Source: an uncultured Clostridia bacterium (GTDB lineage Bacteria > Bacillota > Clostridia > Christensenellales > CAG-314). Taken from it: a stretch of DNA of 64,000 nucleotides. The stretch covers positions 76,311-140,310 of the forward strand of contig CALVWF010000005.1 in the NCBI GenBank assembly GCA_944364615.1, in the 5' to 3' direction. Positions within the stretch are counted from its first letter, which is position 1; each line of letters begins with the position of its first letter. The position numbers and the translations under genes were made by a program. The notes under the pieces were generated by a model, which was not told the origin of the DNA, searched no databases, and saw nothing but the letters and a program-made list of their open reading frames with translations. Below are positions 29,241 through 37,743 of the stretch, one piece after another.

Positions 29241-30467
29241 TCAGTTGCCCAGCAATCCTGCCTCGATGGTTTCAAGTTGTCCTTGCCATGCCGATGCAGC
29301 CTGAGTCTTTTTGAATACGCCTCCAAGGAACGTTCCCATAGGAGTCCAGTAACTTGACATCTGTGTGAACGCAGGTTTAAGACGTGTGTATTCCGCCTGA
29401 GTGATTACTACTTCTACTGCCTGAACACCGCTGTTTTCCGCTTCGGCATACAGCTCAAGGTTGGTAGGACAAAATTCTCTGTCTGTCAGTCTGATGTACT
29501 GATTGTCGTAGTTTGCAAGAAAGGCTGCAAGTTTAGCACATTCTTCGGGGTATTTCGTATTGCGGTTAACACCGTACAGTTTTACACCGCTGAAAGATAC
29601 CATTTGCGTGTCTTTGCCGTCAAGTTTTATTGTAGGCAACTTGGCGACCGCGTATTTGGAACCCAAAGCCGTCTTGAATTGTTCTACCATGTGAGGTCCG
29701 CTTATAATTGCCGCTACGTTACCGTTTTTCAATGCAGTAGCCTGTTCTTCTTCCGCAATGCTGTTGAACTTTGCCTTGCTTCCCAAATCAGCGATGTACT
29801 GGCATCCTTTCAAAGCGTATTCGTTGGCAATGTCCACGTCAGTGACGTCCTGACCGTCGGCGCCGAACAGTTCCATTCCTGCCGTGAAGAGGAATATACT
29901 TGTGTAATAAGCGTCGTCCATATCCATACCGATGTTGTATTCGGCACCGGTATTTGCCGAAATGAGAGTTTCAAGACTCTTGACCTGATCGGCACTGAGC
30001 AGGTCTTTGTTGTAATACAAGAAACAGTTTTCGTATGTATAGGGATAAGCGTAATACTGATTGTTGTATTTTGCCGCAACTTCCGCAATGCTTATCTGTT
30101 CGTCGGCAATTGTGGAATAGTACTGTGTGGGAACAGCCATTATCGCGTTGTTGTTGACAAGTGCTCCCAACTGGTCGGACGCGAAACTGAACACGTCGGC
30201 TGCAGTGGTAGGTTCGGAAATTACTCTGGTTCCTGCAACGTCTTCACCAACCGTCTGAACGGTCCAGTTGTAAGTGTTGTCGGGATTTGCAAGTTCGTAA
30301 TTGTACAGCATTTCCTCTACCATTGTCTGGTCCAGTTCGGCGCACCATACTTTTAAATTATATTCGCCCGATTCGCCGCCTTCTTCGGCAGGTGTACAGC
30401 CCGTCGCAGACAGGCACATTGTAAATGCGATGATCAACATCATTGTTACTGCAAATATTTTTTTCAT
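29241..30467 (-). CDS. extracellular solute-binding lipoprotein (maltodextrin-binding, MalE-like)
   Basis: The start is at MKKIFAVTMMLIIAFTMCLSATGC (lipobox ATGC, RBS AAGGAG). The type-I SBP pattern resembles maltose/maltodextrin binders (LKVWCAE..., AIISGPHM). Confidence 0.85.
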   Translation of the reverse strand: MKKIFAVTMMLIIAFTMCLSATGCTPAEEGGESGEYNLKVWCAELDQTMVEEMLYNYELANPDNTYNWTVQTVGEDVAGTRVISEPTTAADVFSFASDQLGALVNNNAIMAVPTQYYSTIADEQISIAEVAAKYNNQYYAYPYTYENCFLYYNKDLLSADQVKSLETLISANTGAEYNIGMDMDDAYYTSIFLFTAGMELFGADGQDVTDVDIANEYALKGCQYIADLGSKAKFNSIAEEEQATALKNGNVAAIISGPHMVEQFKTALGSKYAVAKLPTIKLDGKDTQMVSFSGVKLYGVNRNTKYPEECAKLAAFLANYDNQYIRLTDREFCPTNLELYAEAENSGVQAVEVVITQAEYTRLKPAFTQMSSYWTPMGTFLGGVFKKTQAASAWQGQLETIEAGLLGN

Positions 30468-30502
30468 TGTTTTTCTCCTTAAATATATATTGATCATTAA
30501 TT

Positions 30503-32428
30503 TCATTCAAAATCCGACTGCCACTTACCGTCTTTGTAGTAAATGTTGTCGAAATCGATGGTCAGGTCAGCCGTCTTATCGTTGTCATCACCTGTTCCCG
30601 CGTTGAAAATGATTTTTTCCGCTTTACCGCGAATGGTGATACTGTACCAGCCGTCTTTACCTTCCACAGCCTGCATTTTGTTGCCCGGCCAAGCATTGGT
30701 GACTTCCGTTGACGTAATTTCTACGTTGGGTGTGCTTTCCGTTGTGCCTGTGCTGAAATACAATTCGTGAGTTCCCATCTTGAAATAGAAATCGTAGATG
30801 CCGTCTTTGGCTATCACTATGTTGCCCTCTTCGTCAACAGTGTACAACGACTCGTCTACCCACGATTCAACACCGTTGTAGTAATTGTGTTGCGTTTCGC
30901 CCAGTTGAACTATCTTGAACTTACTTCCGGCAGAAAGTCTCAGTCCTTTAAACATATACTGATTGCTGCCGTCGAAGGACAGTTTTACACTGCTTTCCGT
31001 CGTCCACGCTTCGCCAAGACCTATATCGCCCATTATGACGAAATCTCCCACTGAAGGAGTTACCGCCTGCTGAGACTCGCGCCAAGCGTAAGCGTAAACA
31101 TTTTCCCAACCGTCAGCATTGTAGTAGTAAATCGTGGTATAGACAATACTTTCAATGTAAATATTCTTACCTTCGGAAGAGTAATCGAGATAGATGTCGT
31201 ATTCGCCCTGAGGCAATAAGATATTGCCCTCCGAATCCTGCTTAGCGGAAACTTCCTCCGCGTTGCTCAGTTTGGCGTAACCGTAAACTTCCTCACCGTA
31301 AGTGATGTTGACCGCATGCGTTCCGTCAAGTATAACCGCTTTCCACAGCATACGGGTACCGCTAAGAGAAGTATAAGTCATTCCGTCGGAGAAATCCCCG
31401 TTGACGCCCATCAGTTTGTAGTTCTTTTGCTGAGGTTGATCGTCGGGATCCGCCGGATCGGTAACATCGTCCGCAAAGGATATAGTCACCGTTGCGGTTA
31501 CCGTAACGTCATCTTCCGTATAGGTTACCGTAACAGTCTTGTCTCCCGCCGAGCCGTTGTGTTCGACTATGTCGGTGGTAAAATCGTAAACTTTTTTCTC
31601 GGCGTCGTTGTCGTAAAGTGCCGTAACGATCAGATACGCGTTGATGTCAGTCGTTCCTACCTGCAACTGCGGTCCCGTATAGAACGCCGTTATCGATACA
31701 AGTTTGCCCTGCGAAGGATCGGGATCGACAGGCAAACCGCCCGTGAGATCCGCCTCGGCGAAATTGCTCCAATCGCCGTCATCGTACCCTGTTACCTTTA
31801 CTTTAACCGCCAACTCGTACACCTTGTTTTCAAGTGTGGCAAGAATTGCGGAAATATCGAGAGTAATGTTGCCCGTAATGGAATTGGGTTTTATTTCGTA
31901 ATCGGCAAGACTTATTTCCGTTATTTCCGTTGCGCCCTTTTCACGTACTCCCAACACATATTCCGCATTGTTTTCCGTAACCTTACGCCATTTCAACGAA
32001 TGGGTTTCTCCGTCGTAGGTCAGATTTGAAACGGTACTTGCCTGACGCGAATACACAAAGGTCACCGCCTGCGCCCATTCGGACAGATTGTAAGGTATCA
32101 ATTTGTCCCCCTGTGTTTCCACTTTGACCGCACGAACGGTAACGCTGTTTTGTTCGCCGCTCTTTAACATCGAGGTGACTTCCGCGCCCGCAGTCTTGAT
32201 ATTGTAAGAAGTGTTCTGCGTCATAAACTGTGTTGACGCGTTTCCGTTAAACGCCAGCATATATCTGTCTGCGCCCTCAACCGCGTCCCAACTGATTACA
32301 AGACTGTTGCTTACAGTCAGGTTGGAAGGCGTTTCGCATCGGGTGTTGCTGCAGCCTGCAAGATTTGCAATACACAGCGCAAGCACGAGAATACCGCTTA
32401 ATATGACAATGGATCTTCTTTTAAACAT
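30503..32428 (-). CDS. surface lipoprotein with Fn3-like, Ig-like and CBM26-like starch-binding modules
   Basis: Lipobox LAGC. There are two Fn3-like repeats (SWDAVEGADRY type) and one Ig-like repeat. The C-terminal CBM26-like module is split by a nested roughly 128-aa domain (YYYNADGWENVYAYAW ... NAWPGNKMQAVEGKDGWYSITI...IIFNAG). Confidence 0.75.
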   Translation of the reverse strand: MFKRRSIVILSGILVLALCIANLAGCSNTRCETPSNLTVSNSLVISWDAVEGADRYMLAFNGNASTQFMTQNTSYNIKTAGAEVTSMLKSGEQNSVTVRAVKVETQGDKLIPYNLSEWAQAVTFVYSRQASTVSNLTYDGETHSLKWRKVTENNAEYVLGVREKGATEITEISLADYEIKPNSITGNITLDISAILATLENKVYELAVKVKVTGYDDGDWSNFAEADLTGGLPVDPDPSQGKLVSITAFYTGPQLQVGTTDINAYLIVTALYDNDAEKKVYDFTTDIVEHNGSAGDKTVTVTYTEDDVTVTATVTISFADDVTDPADPDDQPQQKNYKLMGVNGDFSDGMTYTSLSGTRMLWKAVILDGTHAVNITYGEEVYGYAKLSNAEEVSAKQDSEGNILLPQGEYDIYLDYSSEGKNIYIESIVYTTIYYYNADGWENVYAYAWRESQQAVTPSVGDFVIMGDIGLGEAWTTESSVKLSFDGSNQYMFKGLRLSAGSKFKIVQLGETQHNYYNGVESWVDESLYTVDEEGNIVIAKDGIYDFYFKMGTHELYFSTGTTESTPNVEITSTEVTNAWPGNKMQAVEGKDGWYSITIRGKAEKIIFNAGTGDDNDKTADLTIDFDNIYYKDGKWQSDFE

Positions 32429-32449
32429 TTTTGTCTACCTCCACGATCG

Positions 32450-34939
32450 TCATTGCCAAGCAAACTTGGGAGCGCCGTCGCCCGACGTCCAGTTTTGCGA
32501 CGAAGAAATTTTGTTAAGAGTTTCCACAAATTGCTGAGATGACAGTTGTTCCGAAGTAATCGTTACGTCACCCGCAGCGACCTCGTTGCCGTCGAGTATA
32601 ATCTTGTTGGATTGTTTTGTGCCGTTGGCAAGCGAACTGTATTCGCTTGTGCCTTCGAGATAGAAACAATCGGTAAGCATCGTGCTGTAACCTGCCAGCG
32701 AGCCGCACACCGTACTGACTCCGTTGACCACTTCCGACGGCGCAACGCTCCACGAACCCGTTTCGAAACTGTCTGAAAGCCGATACATATTTCCGTTTAT
32801 AGAAGTTATGTCGGGAGTCTGATTGTAAATCGTACCCGAATAGTTTGCACGGCTGAAAATAATACCGTCAAAGTGTTCCATCTGAATGTCTATATAGTAG
32901 TAATTTTTCGTACCTACAGTAAAGTGAGTCATCTGTTCGCCCGGCCATGTGGTAGAACCGCCCGTGCCCCAGTAGTAGCAGTAAACTACCGCATTGTCGG
33001 CGGTTATCCAGTAATTTGTGTCGCCTGCGTCCAGATAAATGCGTTTGTATGAGGCAAGTACATCTTCGTCGACTGAAACCTCAGCCATGTTGTAACATCC
33101 CACAACTCCTCTCGTAAGGCTTGTGGTAGCGTAGTTGTTGCCTGCTATGCCGCCCACGGCGGTAACGCCACGGACGTTTCCTTTGTTGTAGCAATAGAAT
33201 ACGCCTGCTCCCGCGACGGTAAGCGAACCCGTTTCGTCCGTGCCGTCGTTTCCGTTACTGCCCGCTATACCGCCCACGTCCGTCGAACCGGTAATTGCTC
33301 CGTGATTGGAACAATATCTGACCATGGGAGAAAAGTCGTAAATGCCGTCAAGCAAAACGTTGTAATTGTAGCCTACAATACCGCCTACGCTTTTCTTGGC
33401 GGTCACTGCGCCGTAGTTGTCGCACATTGCGACGGTACCGGCATTTCTGCCGACTATTCCGCCTGTACTGAGATTGCCTTCAACCGTTGCACGGTTGATA
33501 CAGGAAGATACCGAACCTTCGTTGTATATTACCAAACCGCCCGTTTCCCTGTTTCCGCTGACGTAAACGTCGCTTTCGTTGACGCAACCTATGACATTGC
33601 CCCTGTTGATACTGACAAGACTTGCGGCGCCGTCGTTTACCGCAACTACGGAACTGTTTCTGACAGTAACGTTTTGTATAAGACCTCTGTTGGTGAAACA
33701 AAGTATTGCAACGTCGCCACCCTTTTCGTGCATTACTCCGTCATTGGTCTTGACAGTCCATGTACGCCAGTCGGCGTTGTCGATCACAAGGTTTTTGATC
33801 ACCGCTTCTTCGTTGACGGAATCGAACAGAGAGGAATAGCCGTCACGGTAGTAAACGGTAAGATTCTTTACCGAGTGTCCCTTGCCATCCAGTACTCCGC
33901 TGAATGAGCCCAACTTGTAGGTGTTGGAACCGTATTCGTCCTCTTTCAACTCTATTTCTTCAAATTCGATGTCGTTGCCCAGTACGTAATGCATGCTGAG
34001 TCCTACGCCTTCGTAAAACTCGATGTATCTGAACTCGTCCGCCGTGGTGATTACAAACGGGTTTTCCGCGCTGCCGTCGCCGTTGCCTTCTTTGAAATAC
34101 ACCACATCCGTTTCGTCACTCGAAGTGTAGAATCCGTTGGTGTTTCCTGCGGAAACGCTCTTGGTGAGGTAGCCCGACGACATATCCACAACGTTTGTAT
34201 TGACGGAAACAACCGAATTGTTGTAGTCACGCAGGTAGTAGGTATCCGCGCCCACCACTGCGTCAAACATCAGCACCTGACCTTCCATACGCACGTTGGT
34301 GGGAGCAGGCAACTGCATTGTTCCCGTTTGCGGATAGTATATTACCGTAACCGTACTGCTGTCCTGATAATATACGCCGTCTCCCTTGTAAGTGATGGAA
34401 ACGGAAAGTTTGTCACCCGTTTCCACGGAAAGGTCGTAGGACGTGGCAGTTACGTCCACATCTCTTTCTTCACCGTTGACGGTAAAGACTATGTCCGTTG
34501 CGTCGGAGTTGGCAAACCAGTTTAAAACGCCGTCGGTAACGCCGTTTATTACAGGATAAAGCAATTTGCCGCCGCTTAAAGTAAAGGTAACTTCTTCCGA
34601 CCAATTGCTTTGCGTGCCGTCTCGGGCGACCGCTCTTACCTTAATTACAAACTTACCGTCGGCAGGTCTGTCCTCGTAATCATACAAATTGTACGTGGTA
34701 AATTTGACAGGCACTACCGTTCCGTTGACGGACAGTTCGTAGGAAAAGGCACCCGACACACGGTCCCATGTAACCGATCCCGTTGCGTCGACGGAAACCT
34801 GTTCGGGCGGGTCGATCGATGTCTTGCCCTCGTCGTCCGGTTCCGAGTCGGGATTGCATGCCGTCAGAGACAGCATGCAAAGACTCAACGTCAGAATAAT
34901 TGACAAAATCAAAATTAAAATCTTACTGTATTTTTTCAT
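32450..34939 (-). CDS. surface lipoprotein with Fn3-like repeats, GLUG-motif repeat region and C-terminal CBM26-like module
   Basis: Lipobox LTAC. The N-terminus has Fn3-like repeats (TWDRVSGAFSYEL). The central region repeats G-G-I-(V/A)-G motifs (TGGIVGRNAG, VGGIVGYNY, VGGIAGSNG, VGGIAGNNY), i.e. GLUG-type repeats. The C-terminus reads YCYYWGTGGSTTWPGEQMTHF...GIIFS. Confidence 0.7.
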   Translation of the reverse strand: MKKYSKILILILSIILTLSLCMLSLTACNPDSEPDDEGKTSIDPPEQVSVDATGSVTWDRVSGAFSYELSVNGTVVPVKFTTYNLYDYEDRPADGKFVIKVRAVARDGTQSNWSEEVTFTLSGGKLLYPVINGVTDGVLNWFANSDATDIVFTVNGEERDVDVTATSYDLSVETGDKLSVSITYKGDGVYYQDSSTVTVIYYPQTGTMQLPAPTNVRMEGQVLMFDAVVGADTYYLRDYNNSVVSVNTNVVDMSSGYLTKSVSAGNTNGFYTSSDETDVVYFKEGNGDGSAENPFVITTADEFRYIEFYEGVGLSMHYVLGNDIEFEEIELKEDEYGSNTYKLGSFSGVLDGKGHSVKNLTVYYRDGYSSLFDSVNEEAVIKNLVIDNADWRTWTVKTNDGVMHEKGGDVAILCFTNRGLIQNVTVRNSSVVAVNDGAASLVSINRGNVIGCVNESDVYVSGNRETGGLVIYNEGSVSSCINRATVEGNLSTGGIVGRNAGTVAMCDNYGAVTAKKSVGGIVGYNYNVLLDGIYDFSPMVRYCSNHGAITGSTDVGGIAGSNGNDGTDETGSLTVAGAGVFYCYNKGNVRGVTAVGGIAGNNYATTSLTRGVVGCYNMAEVSVDEDVLASYKRIYLDAGDTNYWITADNAVVYCYYWGTGGSTTWPGEQMTHFTVGTKNYYYIDIQMEHFDGIIFSRANYSGTIYNQTPDITSINGNMYRLSDSFETGSWSVAPSEVVNGVSTVCGSLAGYSTMLTDCFYLEGTSEYSSLANGTKQSNKIILDGNEVAAGDVTITSEQLSSQQFVETLNKISSSQNWTSGDGAPKFAWQ

Positions 34940-34954
34940 AGCAAATCGTTTAAA

Positions 34955-37645
34955 TTATTTGTAAATTACCGATGAATAAGGAGCAAGCGAGAATTCGCCG
35001 GCACCGCTGTCCGCAAGTACCACCTGACTGCCTCCTACCTTGTAATTGTAAACTTCGTCACGGCTGAAATTGTGGTAGCAGTAATAAGTTACTCCGTTGT
35101 AGGTCAGCGTGTAGGCAAATATCTGCGCCTCCGATTGCAACGGCTGATATTTACCGTATTTGATGACATCGTCGGTATGTTTGAGTTCCGTCCATCTCAT
35201 TGTATAGGACAGCATACTGTTGCTGTCTGCCAACTGTTCTTTTACACCGTCCAGACTGACATTGTAATCGTCCCACTTTACGTAGTAGGTGACGTCGCCG
35301 CTGATACTGTACGATGTAGTCTGTTCGGTGGCTGTCTTCTCCCACTTGAATGGCTGACGGTACTGTCTGTCGACGTGCGGACTTGTCTTTGTTTCGCCGT
35401 CGCCGAAGTTACTGCTCATTCCCAGTTCGTCGCCGTAGTAAATAAACGAAATACCCGGCAGACTCATCATTGTTGACATTACCACCTTCGCACGCTGAAC
35501 AGCCAACGCACTGTTACTGCTGTCCACCTTTTTGCCGAACCAGTTGGAGGAGGTATCTCCGCCCACGACATTGTTGAGCAAACGCGGAATGTCATGATTT
35601 GACGTAAACAGCGTATCTATTGCCTGAACGTCTTCGCGGTACTTGCTGTAAGTACTGAGAGTACCCTGATAAGACCACGTGTCGGTAAACAACGACGAAG
35701 TGTTGGTGCCGTTGGGCTTGTCCGCGACGGTACCGGCGTTTATACCGCTGAACATCTGAGGACTGCCTGCCTTGAAGTCCAGTATCTGAGCAAAGTTGTA
35801 GTATGCGTAGAAGTTGAGCATACTGTCAAGACCTTGGTAATACGGAGCGACGTTATAGGCGTTTCCGTCAAAGTTTTCCCCTACTATGTACGCATTGGGG
35901 TACTGTTCCTTGACTCTTGCGTTAAACTCTTTAAAGAAGTGGATGTTTTTGGTAAGGTTGCTGCTGTAGTCCGTACTGGTCGCAGCATCGTAGTCTTTTA
36001 TAATGATGTCGCCTGCGCCTTTGGCAATTTCGTCTTCCATATAAATGTGCTTTACCGCGTCGATACGGAATCCGTCCACACCCAGTCCGAGCCAGTAGGT
36101 CGCAACGTCCACTATTGCGTCACGCGTGGCCTGATAATCGTAGTTGAGTTCGGGCATACTGGTGGCAAACTTGCCGTAGTAGGAATAGTTCTTGTCGCTG
36201 AATTGATGCCACGAACTGCTTTCTTCGGGCACGCTGTTGTTGTTGCGCCACTGATAGAAACTGCGGTAAACGGGATCCAACTGCGACGATTTCTGGAACC
36301 AGACGTTGTTTACCGACGTGTGATTGAGTACAAGGTCCATGATGACCGTCATTCCGCGCTTTTCCGTTTCGGCAAGCAATTCCTTGTAGTCGTCAAGCGT
36401 ACCGAATTTCGGGTCTACTTCTTTGTAATCGATTATGTCGTAACCGTGGTAACTGTCGGACAACTGAATGGGAGTCAGCCACAGTACGTCAACGTTTAAC
36501 TGTTCGAGGTAATCGAGGTTGTTGGTGATACCCTTTATATCCCCGTAGCCGTCGCCGTCGCTGTCGGCAAAGGACGCTACCATGATCTGGTAACCTACAC
36601 CCTTTACGGTGTCGAATTCAACGCTACCCCCTGCCGTTTCCGCAGTATCGTAGGGACTGGGAGCGGAACTGTTGACGTTGAACAGACTGACGTTTGTGCC
36701 GTCATCCCCTTCGTACGGGTTGGTCATTTCGCCGACATCCGCAATCGAATAGGCGTAATCGTACACGTGTTCCTGCGTTGCAAAAATGTGCACACTGCCG
36801 TTTTCGCGCAACTTGTCCACGAAAAAGTTACCCGTGTCGCTTGCCTTGGGAATAAACTGATTGCCGCCGTCGCTTACCCAGTGTCCGCCGTTTTCAAGCG
36901 CGCTTTGCTTGGAATCCTCGTCGACGATCAGAAATCCTATGTAATTGTCGGTGTAGTTGTCTTCCTTGAAAATGTCGCCCTTGACGTAATTGCCTGCCGA
37001 CTTCAAAAAGGTTGTAGTGACATCCTTGTCGTTGCCTGCATTGTCGTAAACCTTGGTAAGGTCTACGTCGCACGTTGCGCCGCCCAGTTCGTCAACAACT
37101 ATGTTGTTGTGCTCGTCGCGAACCCAGTCGAATTCCACACCGGTAAACGCCTTGGGCCATACCCACAGATTGTACTTTTCGTACTCTTCCGCCACGTTGT
37201 TGAAACGCTTGTAGTGAATGTACAGATGTCCTTCAACGCTGTTGGCGTTCAGTTGCTCTTCGTACTGCTGTTTTTCCTCATCGCTTACGGCGTCCCACTT
37301 GGCGTACAGAGTCAGATTGTACGCAGGCATCGAACTGAAATCGGTGTAGGGCTGTTCCCATGTACCGTAATCGGTAAACCAGCCGCCGAATTTGTAGCCC
37401 GGATATGTGGGATCGTCAGGCTGTGTGATGGGCTCTCCCGCCTTTGCCGTAATCGGTTTGATCTGCGAAGCCGCCGTGTCTGTCGACGCCGTGTAAAACA
37501 ACATGGTATATACGGCATCCCCCTTTTGGTCGTCCCTCTGCGACGGCCGGCACGCTGTCAGTACGGGACTCAAAGCCCCGACAATGATCACCAGCGACAG
37601 CAACAGAGCAATTTTCTTTAAAAATTTAAGTTTCACCTTAGTCAC
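34955..37645 (-). CDS. cell-surface GH13 alpha-amylase lipoprotein (with Listeria-Bacteroides repeat and CBM41/PUD-like module)
   Basis: Lipobox LTAC, an Flg_new-type repeat (YPGYKFGGWFTDYGTWEQPY...LYAKW) and a PUD-like segment (LYIHYKRF...YNLWVWP). GH13 regions are present: DGDGYGDIKG, DLVLNHTS, GVDGFRIDAVKH, VGENF and FTSNHD. Confidence 0.88.
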   Translation of the reverse strand: MTKVKLKFLKKIALLLSLVIIVGALSPVLTACRPSQRDDQKGDAVYTMLFYTASTDTAASQIKPITAKAGEPITQPDDPTYPGYKFGGWFTDYGTWEQPYTDFSSMPAYNLTLYAKWDAVSDEEKQQYEEQLNANSVEGHLYIHYKRFNNVAEEYEKYNLWVWPKAFTGVEFDWVRDEHNNIVVDELGGATCDVDLTKVYDNAGNDKDVTTTFLKSAGNYVKGDIFKEDNYTDNYIGFLIVDEDSKQSALENGGHWVSDGGNQFIPKASDTGNFFVDKLRENGSVHIFATQEHVYDYAYSIADVGEMTNPYEGDDGTNVSLFNVNSSAPSPYDTAETAGGSVEFDTVKGVGYQIMVASFADSDGDGYGDIKGITNNLDYLEQLNVDVLWLTPIQLSDSYHGYDIIDYKEVDPKFGTLDDYKELLAETEKRGMTVIMDLVLNHTSVNNVWFQKSSQLDPVYRSFYQWRNNNSVPEESSSWHQFSDKNYSYYGKFATSMPELNYDYQATRDAIVDVATYWLGLGVDGFRIDAVKHIYMEDEIAKGAGDIIIKDYDAATSTDYSSNLTKNIHFFKEFNARVKEQYPNAYIVGENFDGNAYNVAPYYQGLDSMLNFYAYYNFAQILDFKAGSPQMFSGINAGTVADKPNGTNTSSLFTDTWSYQGTLSTYSKYREDVQAIDTLFTSNHDIPRLLNNVVGGDTSSNWFGKKVDSSNSALAVQRAKVVMSTMMSLPGISFIYYGDELGMSSNFGDGETKTSPHVDRQYRQPFKWEKTATEQTTSYSISGDVTYYVKWDDYNVSLDGVKEQLADSNSMLSYTMRWTELKHTDDVIKYGKYQPLQSEAQIFAYTLTYNGVTYYCYHNFSRDEVYNYKVGGSQVVLADSGAGEFSLAPYSSVIYK

Positions 37646-37743
37646 TCCTGAAAATATGCTGATTTATAGAATTTCAAATTTAATACCGTAATTTTCCACC
37701 GCAGTACAGAACACTGTTCCGCACTGCGGGGAGATAATTAAAA

